Of a stretch of 64,000 nt of DNA, positions 8,370 to 16,335 are shown piece by piece; position 1 is the first letter of the stretch, and each line of letters opens with the position of its first letter. The translations under genes and the position numbers were made by a program. The stretch is from an uncultured bacterium (GTDB taxonomy: Bacteria > Verrucomicrobiota > Kiritimatiellia > RFP12 > UBA1067). Where the stretch lies: contig CADCCQ010000002.1 in assembly GCA_902799955.1 (NCBI GenBank), forward strand, positions 4,017-68,016. Reading direction: 5' to 3'. The notes under the pieces were generated by a model. That model was given only the letters and a program-made list of their open reading frames with translations, made no database searches and was not told the DNA's origin.

Positions 8370-8777
8370 TCAGTCTTCGTCGTCCTCGCCCTCGTCGCGG
8401 TCGAGGTCGTCGTCGATGAAGTCCATCCGCGAGTCCTCGGTGTTGGGCGTCGTCTCAAGTTCGGGGCGCTCCTTGATGAAGGCGAACATCTCCTCGACGA
8501 GGCGTTCGGTGAAATCCGTGTAGGCGTCCTCGCCGAGGCTTCCGTTCCAGACCTCGGCCGGGAACTCCGAGCCGCGAATCTTCTCAAGGTACCTCGCCGT
8601 GCCGTTGCAGGTTTCCTTTCCGTAGCCGACGTTGATCTTGTCGCCGTCGTTGTACCAGCGGTACCAGATGCGGTCGACCGCGCGGATTATTTCGCCCGCT
8701 ACCGTCTCGGCCTTGCCGGAGGCCGGCATCAGCCGCTCCTCCATCGCCGCCCATTCTTTCTTCTGCTCTTCCGTCAT
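8370..8777 (-). CDS. hypothetical protein with poly-acidic C-terminus (135 aa)
   Basis: ATG at 8777. Ends in DFIDDDLDRDEGEDDED. First gene after promoter copy 8. Confidence 0.5.
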   Translation of the reverse strand: MTEEQKKEWAAMEERLMPASGKAETVAGEIIRAVDRIWYRWYNDGDKINVGYGKETCNGTARYLEKIRGSEFPAEVWNGSLGEDAYTDFTERLVEEMFAFIKERPELETTPNTEDSRMDFIDDDLDRDEGEDDED

Positions 8778-8848
8778 TTTCGTCTTCCTTTCTTTTGGTT
8801 TTCGTCTGTCTTTCGGGTACTCCCTTTTCCCCTCAAGGAACGCTACAC

Positions 8849-8877
8849 ATGATGCCGTAATAATCCAGGAATAGCAA
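8849..8877 (-). promoter_or_regulatory. repeated promoter element, copy 8
   Basis: -35 TTGCTA (8877-8872), 17-nt spacer, -10 CATCAT (8854-8849). Confidence 0.6.
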
Positions 8878-8911
8878 CGGCCCATCTGAAGATTTATGAA
8901 GATTTTTCGAG

Positions 8912-8950
8912 GGCGAAAAGCCGCCGCAGAAACGGCGGCTGCGGCGGCTT
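8912..8950 (-). terminator. hairpin terminator after 8958..9263
   Basis: 12-bp stem AAGCCGCCGCAG/CTGCGGCGGCTT, then TTCG on the minus strand (short U-run). Confidence 0.45.
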
Positions 8951-8957
8951 CCGTCGG

Positions 8958-9263
8958 CTACTCCATGTCGTTGCACGAGAGTCCGTTGAGGTGCATCTCC
9001 TCGTCGGTGTTCGCGTCCATCTCGACGACGCAAGCCCAGCGGAAACACGCCTTCAGCTCGTCCTTCCAGTCGCGGATGAGCGTCGGGACCATCCGGCATC
9101 CATCCGAACCATCGTTCTTCATAACTGTCTTCGGCTCGTGCGGGGCGCGGCTTATCTCGCGCTCACCCGCCCCACGGTACGCCCAGCCAGCCCTCCAGAA
9201 GATCCGCTTCGCGGGATGCGCCTCAAGGTCTGCGACCACGGTTTCGTAGTTCACTGTGTTCAT
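8958..9263 (-). CDS. hypothetical protein (101 aa)
   Basis: ATG at 9263 (MNTVNYETVVADLEAHPAKR...). Confidence 0.45.
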   Translation of the reverse strand: MNTVNYETVVADLEAHPAKRIFWRAGWAYRGAGEREISRAPHEPKTVMKNDGSDGCRMVPTLIRDWKDELKACFRWACVVEMDANTDEEMHLNGLSCNDME

Positions 9264-9327
9264 CTTCGGTTTCCTTTCTCTGCGTCCCGCACCTCGGCAT
9301 GAATGCCGAGGCACAGGACATTTGGTT

Positions 9328-9519
9328 TCAGCCAAGAACTTTCTTCATCTCCTCGGGTGCAAGCTTGATGAAGATTTTTTCAAGCTCGCCGAAGAGTCCG
9401 TCACCTCCCCGCTTGTGGTAGGAGTTGAAGAACTCCGGGCCATGCTCGGAGGCGACGCCCATGATGGCGTCAAAGGCATCCGCGAGTTGCTGGCGTTCAG
9501 TCTTTGTAAGTTGGTTCAT
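9328..9519 (-). CDS. hypothetical small protein (63 aa)
   Basis: ATG at 9519. ORF as given in the supplied track. Confidence 0.45.
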   Translation of the reverse strand: MNQLTKTERQQLADAFDAIMGVASEHGPEFFNSYHKRGGDGLFGELEKIFIKLAPEEMKKVLG

Positions 9520-9582
9520 TGTCTTTTTCCTTTCTTTCTGTTGAGTTGCCCCGCCGCGAGATGCGGCGGAGGCTGTTGAAAT

Positions 9583-9954
9583 TCAATCCTCGCCACCGTC
9601 CTGCTCGGTTTCTTTCCAGGCATTGTTGTCGACGATGTCCGTGAACCACCGTCCGCCGATATCGAAGCGCGGCATCGTCACCCTATCGGAGTGTTCCATG
9701 TCCGCGAGCTTGACGCACACGAGCGTGCAATCAGTCTCGGGGTAGGCGTTCGTGCCTGTCAGCCCGTACATGCGGTTCATCACCGACCCCTCGATTGTGT
9801 AGACGTCCTCGCGCTTGAGAGGTGTCAGCTCCTTCACCCAGTCGAGGAGTTCCTTGAGGTTCTCCTCGTCTGGCGCGAGCCCCTCAATAGTCAGCGACCA
9901 GTCCTTGTAGAGCTCGTCAAGCTGCGCCTTCGTCGTTACCTTGATTATGTTCAT
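9583..9954 (-). CDS. hypothetical protein (123 aa)
   Basis: ATG at 9954 (MNIIKVTTKAQLDELYKDW...). First gene after promoter copy 9. Confidence 0.5.
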   Translation of the reverse strand: MNIIKVTTKAQLDELYKDWSLTIEGLAPDEENLKELLDWVKELTPLKREDVYTIEGSVMNRMYGLTGTNAYPETDCTLVCVKLADMEHSDRVTMPRFDIGGRWFTDIVDNNAWKETEQDGGED

Positions 9955-10026
9955 CTTCGTTGCCTTTCTTTCTTGGTTTTCGTCTGCCTTTCGGGTACTC
10001 CCATTTCCCCTCAAGGAACGCTACAC

Positions 10027-10055
10027 ATGATGCCGTAATAATCCAGGAATAGCAA
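10027..10055 (-). promoter_or_regulatory. repeated promoter element, copy 9
   Basis: -35 TTGCTA (10055-10050), 17-nt spacer, -10 CATCAT (10032-10027). Confidence 0.6.
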
Positions 10056-10112
10056 CGGGGTCTGCGAAGATTTATGAAGAATTATTTTATGAAGATTTTT
10101 GCGGATACCCCG

Positions 10113-10141
10113 TTGCTATTATCCGAATATTACGGCATACT
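10113..10141 (+). promoter_or_regulatory. inverted (plus-strand) copy of the repeated promoter element
   Basis: TTGCTA (10113-10118), 17-nt spacer, CATACT (10136-10141). Back-to-back with copy 9 across a shared A/T-rich tract. Points into the 3' end of the minus-strand late operon. Confidence 0.45.
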
Positions 10142-10181
10142 GGTGTCGGCATGCTGCGGCCACAGTTGCGCCGGCGGCATA

Positions 10182-10224
10182 AACGAAAAAAGCGGTCACG
10201 CCTCCATGATGGAAGCGTGACCGC
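10182..10224 (-). terminator. rho-independent terminator ending the late (structural) operon
   Basis: Minus strand: GCGGTCACGC, 13-nt loop, GCGTGACCGC, then TTTTTTCG. Lies 7 nt after the stop at 10231. Confidence 0.65.
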
Positions 10225-10230
10225 CACGGC

Positions 10231-10725
10231 CTACCTTTGAGCCTTGCAATCCGTACAGTTCCCGCAGTTCGCGTCCTCGTTACACCCGCCATCGGACGCT
10301 GCATCCGGCTGACAGTCTGAACAGCCGTCCGTGCATCCACCGCCGTCGCAGTCGCCGCTGGCATCGGGGATCGAGCAGTCGCCGCATCCACCTTGGGAGG
10401 CGGACGAAGGCGTTGCATTGGTGGCCGCGTCGCCCGTCGTGAGGTCGTCCATGATTCCCTCGTAGGCGAGCTGGGCGAGCGCGTGGAGACGCACAGCCTG
10501 CGAGGGTGTCAGCTTTCCCTCCGCCACCAGCGACTCGATCTTGTTGGAGACGGCCTCGCGCCCGCCCATGTCGTAGGCGGTCTGGATGACCGTGGCGATG
10601 TTCTGCTTGCGCGAACCTCCACCGAGAGACGAGCAGCCGATTATGGCCGCCACAGACACCGCCGCGATTGCCACGGCGACGATTGCCTTGCACACGGTGC
10701 GAGGCGTATTGTACTTTGCATCCAT
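10231..10725 (-). CDS. lipoprotein with Cys/Asp/Gly-rich C-terminal tail (164 aa)
   Basis: Signal peptide plus lipobox (VAAIIGC). C-terminus GGCGDCSIPDASGDCDGGGCTDGCSDCQPDAASDGGCNEDANCGNCTDCK. AAAGGAG SD. Confidence 0.6.
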   Translation of the reverse strand: MDAKYNTPRTVCKAIVAVAIAAVSVAAIIGCSSLGGGSRKQNIATVIQTAYDMGGREAVSNKIESLVAEGKLTPSQAVRLHALAQLAYEGIMDDLTTGDAATNATPSSASQGGCGDCSIPDASGDCDGGGCTDGCSDCQPDAASDGGCNEDANCGNCTDCKAQR

Positions 10726-10769
10726 TTGGATTACTCCTTTTCTGGTTTGTGTTGTTCGACACCGCGCGG

Positions 10770-10994
10770 TCACTTGCCGACGCTGATGACGCTGATTGTC
10801 TTGGCCGACCAGTCGGGCTGGCCAGTCTTGATGGTCTCGGACTTGAGTGCGCCGACCTTGAGCTTGTCCTCGCGCTCAAGGATGGTCTGGTCCGTAGGCT
10901 CGTAGAACTCGCGCTGGATTATCTCCTGCGAGGCGCAGCCGCACAGGGCGGCGAGGGCGGCGGCTGTGCCGCACAGGACAAGAAGCCGCTTCAT
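10770..10994 (-). CDS. small lipoprotein (74 aa)
   Basis: MKRLLVLCGTAAALAALCGC lipobox. ATGA overlap with the upstream gene. Confidence 0.55.
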   Translation of the reverse strand: MKRLLVLCGTAAALAALCGCASQEIIQREFYEPTDQTILEREDKLKVGALKSETIKTGQPDWSAKTISVISVGK

Positions 10995-11422
10995 GCCGCA
11001 CCGCCTTTCTCCCTCGCCTCGTAGGGCGCACGCCACGCGCTCCAGCCGAAGCGCTGGCAGACGCGCGCGAACTTCACCGCGTCCCACATGACCTTGTACC
11101 GCCTCGGCCTCCACCACCCGAATGCGGCGCAGGCGACCTTGCATCCGTTCCTGCGGAAACGGGCGTTGCTCATGTCGAATGCGGCGACGCTTCCGTCCGA
11201 CTCGTGCCACTCGACGTCGTGTATGAACGCGACCGGGGCGAGTGACGGATGAACGGCGTCCAGCGCGGCGCGAAGCCACTGCGGGAACGCCTCCGGCCCG
11301 ATTCCGTTGTAGATGGCCGCGAGCTGCTCGTCCGTGTACTTGGCGAGAATCTCGCGGTTCTCCAGCTCGTACCTCTCGCACAGCTCACGAAGCCGGCGAG
11401 CCTCTTCTACCGTAGTTCCCAT
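10991..11422 (-). CDS. hypothetical protein (143 aa)
   Basis: ATG at 11422, one nt after the upstream stop. No family recognised with confidence. Confidence 0.45.
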   Translation of the reverse strand: MGTTVEEARRLRELCERYELENREILAKYTDEQLAAIYNGIGPEAFPQWLRAALDAVHPSLAPVAFIHDVEWHESDGSVAAFDMSNARFRRNGCKVACAAFGWWRPRRYKVMWDAVKFARVCQRFGWSAWRAPYEAREKGGAA

Positions 11423-11423
11423 T

Positions 11424-11912
11424 TCAGTCCTCCTCCCAGATGCAGTTCTTGAGGATCGCCTCCGCGTCCTCGTCGCTCATGCCCGCGTACCGCTTGACTG
11501 CGGCGATGGCCTCGCCGAACATCTCGTTGTCCTCGCGGAAGTTCTGCGCCGCGAGGTAGTAGTCCCACCAGCCGCGCTCCTCGATCCACGTCTTCACCAA
11601 GACCCACTTGTCCGCCGCCTTGAGCGCGGCGACGAGCTTCAGCTTGGAGAACACCCTCGCCCTGGTCGGCTGCGGCTCGTCGGGCACCTGCTTGTAGATG
11701 CGGACGATTGAATCCGCCGTCTCCTCCCAGCCGCTCACCTCGACCGTGCATCCGTCCTCGGCCTTTGGCGGCTCGTCGACGATGCGCTTCCACCCCGCAG
11801 CGAGGTATGTTTCCGCGCTCGGGTTGCTGACGACGGTTCCGTCGTCGAGCGTTATCTTCGCGGGGGCGTATTCGACTTCGCCCCCGACCAGTTTTCCGTA
11901 GTTCCTGTTCAT
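11424..11912 (-). CDS. hypothetical protein (162 aa)
   Basis: ATG at 11912 with AAAGGAG SD. Confidence 0.5.
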   Translation of the reverse strand: MNRNYGKLVGGEVEYAPAKITLDDGTVVSNPSAETYLAAGWKRIVDEPPKAEDGCTVEVSGWEETADSIVRIYKQVPDEPQPTRARVFSKLKLVAALKAADKWVLVKTWIEERGWWDYYLAAQNFREDNEMFGEAIAAVKRYAGMSDEDAEAILKNCIWEED

Positions 11913-11929
11913 GCGTACTCCTTTTGTTT

Positions 11930-12658
11930 TCAGTTTGGAATTACCGTACCGTCCTTGAGGACGATTCCGTCCAAGCCGTGGAAACGGACCGGCTCCGACG
12001 CGCCGTCCGCCTTGAACGGGAAGCCGCTCATCGCCTTGATCTGCGCGCACGTTGATTTGCGCAGGTATAGGTCATAGAGCTTCCACCCGTAGTAGTCCCA
12101 GAAACGCGAATCGATCTGCTTCACGTTGTCCGCGTGCATCTGCGTCGGTGTCGGGCCGGAGTAGAACGACGTCTGCACAAGCCGCGTCATCGAGGGCAGG
12201 ATGAAGTCCGTGATTCCGCGCGTAGACCCGAAGGCGTAGCTGCCAATGCTCGTCACGTTCGGCAGGTTTATCACACCCCTCATGCAGTGGCAGTTGTTGA
12301 ATGCGTAGGTGGCGATGGACGTCACCTTGCTTCCGATGGATACGAGCTCGCGGAGCATGTCACGCTCCGCAACCCCGCCTGTCGGACTGCTGTCGGTGAA
12401 GCCGAAAGTACAGAGGTCGTCGGAGATTCTGACCGTGTACTCTCCCGGCTTTTCGTAAGTATGCCTCGCATCGCTGATCCTCGAATACTCGCTTTTCTGC
12501 CCGTCGCCCCAGTAGACGAAAACAGAATCCGAGTCGTCGGCAAGGTCGCCCCGCGCGATCCTTACGGTCATCGAAGCCGAAGAAGCCTCGACCGCAAGAA
12601 TCGTCCCCGGTCCGGCAAACGTGTCTCTCCAGAGGCACTGCCTTGACGCTATCTGCAT
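11930..12658 (-). CDS. BspA-type leucine-rich-repeat protein (242 aa), tail-fibre region
   Basis: VTSIATYAFNNCHCMRGVINLPNVTSIGSYAFGSTRGITDFILPSMT matches the LRR_5/BspA-like pattern. TGATG overlap with the upstream gene. Confidence 0.55.
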   Translation of the reverse strand: MQIASRQCLWRDTFAGPGTILAVEASSASMTVRIARGDLADDSDSVFVYWGDGQKSEYSRISDARHTYEKPGEYTVRISDDLCTFGFTDSSPTGGVAERDMLRELVSIGSKVTSIATYAFNNCHCMRGVINLPNVTSIGSYAFGSTRGITDFILPSMTRLVQTSFYSGPTPTQMHADNVKQIDSRFWDYYGWKLYDLYLRKSTCAQIKAMSGFPFKADGASEPVRFHGLDGIVLKDGTVIPN

Positions 12659-13686
12659 CACGTAGCCCTCCAGTTCACCTTGTCGATCCACGCGCAGTCG
12701 CTGCCTCTGGAGACACTGCCGTCCTTCACGTAGCGCCACTCGAAGACGTGTTCACCCGGTCCGAAGTCCGCGCAGTTGCACGTGATGTCGCCCCAGTCCT
12801 GATCGCCGCTCCAGGAGAACTTCTGGACGCCGTCCGCGAAGAAGCGGAGATAGTCCCAGTTGCTCTCGCTCGACACCTTGCGCCTGAACGCGAGCACGCC
12901 AGGACCCGTTACGGTTCCGAAGAGCGACGTTTGCTGGCTGTCGCCTATCGCCCCGCTCCTCGCTGACGGCGCATCGGGATTGCCTGTTGCGTCGTCAAGC
13001 GACCACTTTGCGTTGCCGTCCGTCGTGAACACGATGTCGCCCGACTCGAGGATCGCCGGCGCGAACTTGTCGACGTAGGTCTCCCACTTGGCGATGAGCC
13101 GCGAAACGGACGTCTTGACGGTGTCGGTAGCCTTTACCTCGACGCCGTCCTCCGTCATCCAGTACACGAAGACGTAGCCCTTGCGGACGGGGACGGGGAG
13201 CGTTCCGTACTTCACGCCGAGAAGGTAGTCCTTGGATGGCGGATCGACCGTACCGCCGTCCGCGTCGAAGATGACGCTTTGCGCTATCGACACGAGCTTG
13301 CGGTTCACGACGAAAGTGCCGTCATCCGTCTCCGTGAAGGCAAAGATGTTCACTCCGACGAGGCAGGAGAACGACTCCTCGTCTCCCTCCTCGAAGGAGA
13401 ACGTCTCGCCCGTCGGCACGGCGAAAGTCACCTCCGGAACCGAGTCGGAGGTTATGACGAGCCGCAGCAGGAAGTCGCGGGCGACGCCCTCGACCTTGGG
13501 CGGGAAGTTGATGCGGACGGCGTCCGGGTTCTTCAATTCGACGCGCGTCACGCACCTGTCCTGAAGACCCACCGCGCCGTCGGTGACGACGGCCTTAACG
13601 AGCTTGTACCCGGCTGGCGTGTCGCCGCCGCCGGAGCCTCCTCCGCCGCCGGATTCGTTTCCGTTTACGAGATAGACGAGTTCCAT
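12658..13686 (-). CDS. tail-fibre-region protein with a Listeria-Bacteroides (InlB B-repeat-like) domain (342 aa)
   Basis: VIFDADGGTVDPPSKDYLLGVKYGTLPVPVRKGYVFVYWMTEDG is the typical repeat signature. Gly-rich N-terminal linker. Confidence 0.5.
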   Translation of the reverse strand: MELVYLVNGNESGGGGGSGGGDTPAGYKLVKAVVTDGAVGLQDRCVTRVELKNPDAVRINFPPKVEGVARDFLLRLVITSDSVPEVTFAVPTGETFSFEEGDEESFSCLVGVNIFAFTETDDGTFVVNRKLVSIAQSVIFDADGGTVDPPSKDYLLGVKYGTLPVPVRKGYVFVYWMTEDGVEVKATDTVKTSVSRLIAKWETYVDKFAPAILESGDIVFTTDGNAKWSLDDATGNPDAPSARSGAIGDSQQTSLFGTVTGPGVLAFRRKVSSESNWDYLRFFADGVQKFSWSGDQDWGDITCNCADFGPGEHVFEWRYVKDGSVSRGSDCAWIDKVNWRAT

Positions 13687-13688
13687 TG

Positions 13689-13952
13689 TCAGTCCTCCTT
13701 GTCGATCATGATTGTTTCGTTGATGGGGACGTAGGCGAGGTCTTCAGCCTCTTCCCATTTCCCGTATGCCCACATGACCCTGACGCACCCGTCGGGGTCC
13801 TTGTCGATTCTGTGTATCGGACGCATCTCGCCGGTGCCGAAGCACTCGTAGACGATGCCTCCGTCGTTCTTGACGAGGAACGTCGCGAGCTTCCGCTTCT
13901 GGAAATGCTCGCTCGTCGCCTCAAAGCCGTAACAGTCGATCTGTATCTTCAT
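13689..13952 (-). CDS. hypothetical protein (87 aa)
   Basis: ATG at 13952. Tightly packed between tail-fibre genes. Confidence 0.45.
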   Translation of the reverse strand: MKIQIDCYGFEATSEHFQKRKLATFLVKNDGGIVYECFGTGEMRPIHRIDKDPDGCVRVMWAYGKWEEAEDLAYVPINETIMIDKED

Positions 13953-13958
13953 GTTCCG

Positions 13959-15437
13959 TTATCCTTTCGTGACAGTCGCCGCGTCCTTCCTTGCGACAAG
14001 GAAGCGGTTTTCTGAAACTTCCGTAAAGAAGAATGTAGCCGTCGTTCCAGTCTCGATGTCGCCAAACACACCCTCGTCGTCGCTCTCGAAGTTGACTCCC
14101 GACGGGAACGACCAGTCTGTCTCCGCCGCCATCGTCAGCCGCACGACGAACGAGCGGGCCTTGCCTTCGATGGACGCAGGCGGCGAGAGGCCAATCGTCC
14201 CGCCCGTAAGCGACACCGCGTTGACCGCCCGGTCGACGAGCGATATCACCCCGCCAGTCCCGACGGACGGCGTCGCGAACGCGAACGCTCCTGCGCTCTC
14301 GACGGCGGACTTCGCGTCGGCGAGGACGGCCGCTATCTCTGGCGCGGGGCGCACGGTCGTGTAGCCCACACACGGGAAGAACGTAGTCAGTTCGCCCGTC
14401 CGCCCGGTTATCACGCTTGCGAGGTAGCCGCCCGCTCCTGCCGTGGACGCGAGCATCACTGGCGCGGAGCTGTTCGCACCTGCGGAATCGACGATGTTCA
14501 TGCGGTATCGCGTCCCCGCGCGGAGTTCGACCGGCCTCGTGAAGCGGAACTCAAGCGTCCGTCCGGGAAGCGCGAACGACGCCTCGTTCCTCGACGAGGC
14601 GAGGATCGTCGTGCCGTCCGCCGTTCGGATCTCAAGCCTTCTCGTCTCCGCAGCGGGGAGTACGCTCTCCGTGTGCGAGACGAGCGAAAGCCCGGAAAGG
14701 CACACCGACTCGCCGATGATGCCGAGTCCCTCAAGCGTGAACACGGCATACCACAGCCCCGTAGTTCTGTCGCTCGCTGTCCCGAAGGAGCCTGTCGCCT
14801 CGACAAGCCCGCCGCTGGCGGCAGGGAGACGTTCGGCGGGGATATTGCCTTCCGCGTCGACAAGCGGCCAGTCGCGGAACTGGAGCGTCCCGTCGGCGGT
14901 GTTCGTGCCGCTTCCGAGCTGGACGGTTGCCTGCGTAGTTCTCGCTCCTGAAGATCCCGCGACGGCGTTGCGCCCAATCGCCACTGCGTCTATGCCGAGG
15001 GCGGACGCGGCCTTGCCGACGGCAACAGCCCCCGAATCCCTCGCGCCAGTCCCCGTGCCGGTGCCGGCGGTCGAATTCCAGCCGATGGCGATCCCGTTGG
15101 ACGCGGGACTCGCGCCCTTGCCGAGTCCGATTGAATACGCCTCTTTCCATGCGGCGAAGTTCGGGTCGTTCTCCGTCATGTCGGCGAGCCGCTCCTCGGT
15201 CGCGGCCTTAAGCCTGACAAGAGCGTCCTGGATAGCCCTGAAGGATGCGAAGTACGAGTTGCAGCTCGGCGGCGGCATCTCGTCTGACGGAGTGCCGTCG
15301 TCGTCCGCATCTGGCGTCACAGCCTTGGCGAGCGCATCGAGCGCGGCGACAATACCCGCGAACGCCTCGAAGTACGAGTTCGCGCCGTGTGCGTCCTCGC
15401 CGACGGCATTGTCAATTTCGTCTCCGTTAACAGCCAT
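13959..15437 (-). CDS. tail fibre protein with YadA/Hep_Hag-like head repeats (492 aa)
   Basis: NGIAIGWNSTAGTG...SGAVAVGKAASALGIDAVAIGRNAVAGS repeats. ATG at 15437. Confidence 0.55.
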   Translation of the reverse strand: MAVNGDEIDNAVGEDAHGANSYFEAFAGIVAALDALAKAVTPDADDDGTPSDEMPPPSCNSYFASFRAIQDALVRLKAATEERLADMTENDPNFAAWKEAYSIGLGKGASPASNGIAIGWNSTAGTGTGTGARDSGAVAVGKAASALGIDAVAIGRNAVAGSSGARTTQATVQLGSGTNTADGTLQFRDWPLVDAEGNIPAERLPAASGGLVEATGSFGTASDRTTGLWYAVFTLEGLGIIGESVCLSGLSLVSHTESVLPAAETRRLEIRTADGTTILASSRNEASFALPGRTLEFRFTRPVELRAGTRYRMNIVDSAGANSSAPVMLASTAGAGGYLASVITGRTGELTTFFPCVGYTTVRPAPEIAAVLADAKSAVESAGAFAFATPSVGTGGVISLVDRAVNAVSLTGGTIGLSPPASIEGKARSFVVRLTMAAETDWSFPSGVNFESDDEGVFGDIETGTTATFFFTEVSENRFLVARKDAATVTKG

Positions 15438-15450
15438 GATTGGGTTCCTT

Positions 15451-16335
15451 TCATTGTTCTGGTCGGACTCTCGTCCCGCCCCAGTCCTCATAGAAGAGGG
15501 CGCGGAGTTCGTCGCTCGCGTCCTTCACCACGTCGTCGTGGTTCGTCACCATTCCCTCCTGTCCGTTCATCCTGTCCGGCATCAGGAGTTCGGGATCGTC
15601 CGTCCACGCGCCCGTCAGCGACTTGCAGTCCTGGTAGCACATCCTCGCCGATGTCATCGTCTCGGGCCATGCGGGGATCTCTCCAGCCGCTCCTGTGTTC
15701 ATGTAGCACTGGTCGCACGACTCTGCGTCCTTCGGCCAGGGCGGAATCCTCCCGCCGAGGCCGGAGCAGTACTGGTACGTGCCGTCGCACACCTTTACGG
15801 ACGGTCCCCACTTCGGGAACGGACCAGTGAGGTTTGGGTTGCGCTCGTAGCAACAGAATGTAGTGGTGATGGACTTCCCCCACGGGATTATGCCGCCACG
15901 GATGCCGCGACCCTCGCGCGTCCCCGTCCAGCCGCAGTAGGTTCCCTGCGCCGACTCCACGAAGTCGCCCCACTGGATCGGGCGAAGGAGCGGACGAGAG
16001 CCGTATGTGCGACCGTTCGCGGAAGTCCAGCACTCGGTGAAGCGGAACCACTTGAGCCGCTTGTCGAACTTCACGCGGTACTTCCCGGTAGCCGTCCAGT
16101 TGTGCCACATCGTGTACTGGCTCTTCGGCCAGTCCTGCTTCGTTCCGTCGCCCCAGTCCACGCCGACCGCGTCGAACCCGGCGCGTGGCGTTATGTAGAA
16201 CTGCACCTGGCACTGCCCGCCCTCGGGGATCTCGATCTCGTCGAACTCGATGTCGAAGATCGTCTCCTCCTTCAGAGGTTCGCAGGCGAAAACCTGCATC
16301 ATCGCCGCTATCATGAGAAGAACTCCTTTCGTCAT
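15451..16335 (-). CDS. lipoprotein with Cys-containing LRR-like repeats (294 aa)
   Basis: MTKGVLLMIAAMMQVFAC lipobox. About four 24-aa repeats of the type C-x-x-C-x-x-L-x-G-x-IP-x-WP. ATGA overlap with the upstream gene. Confidence 0.5.
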   Translation of the reverse strand: MTKGVLLMIAAMMQVFACEPLKEETIFDIEFDEIEIPEGGQCQVQFYITPRAGFDAVGVDWGDGTKQDWPKSQYTMWHNWTATGKYRVKFDKRLKWFRFTECWTSANGRTYGSRPLLRPIQWGDFVESAQGTYCGWTGTREGRGIRGGIIPWGKSITTTFCCYERNPNLTGPFPKWGPSVKVCDGTYQYCSGLGGRIPPWPKDAESCDQCYMNTGAAGEIPAWPETMTSARMCYQDCKSLTGAWTDDPELLMPDRMNGQEGMVTNHDDVVKDASDELRALFYEDWGGTRVRPEQ

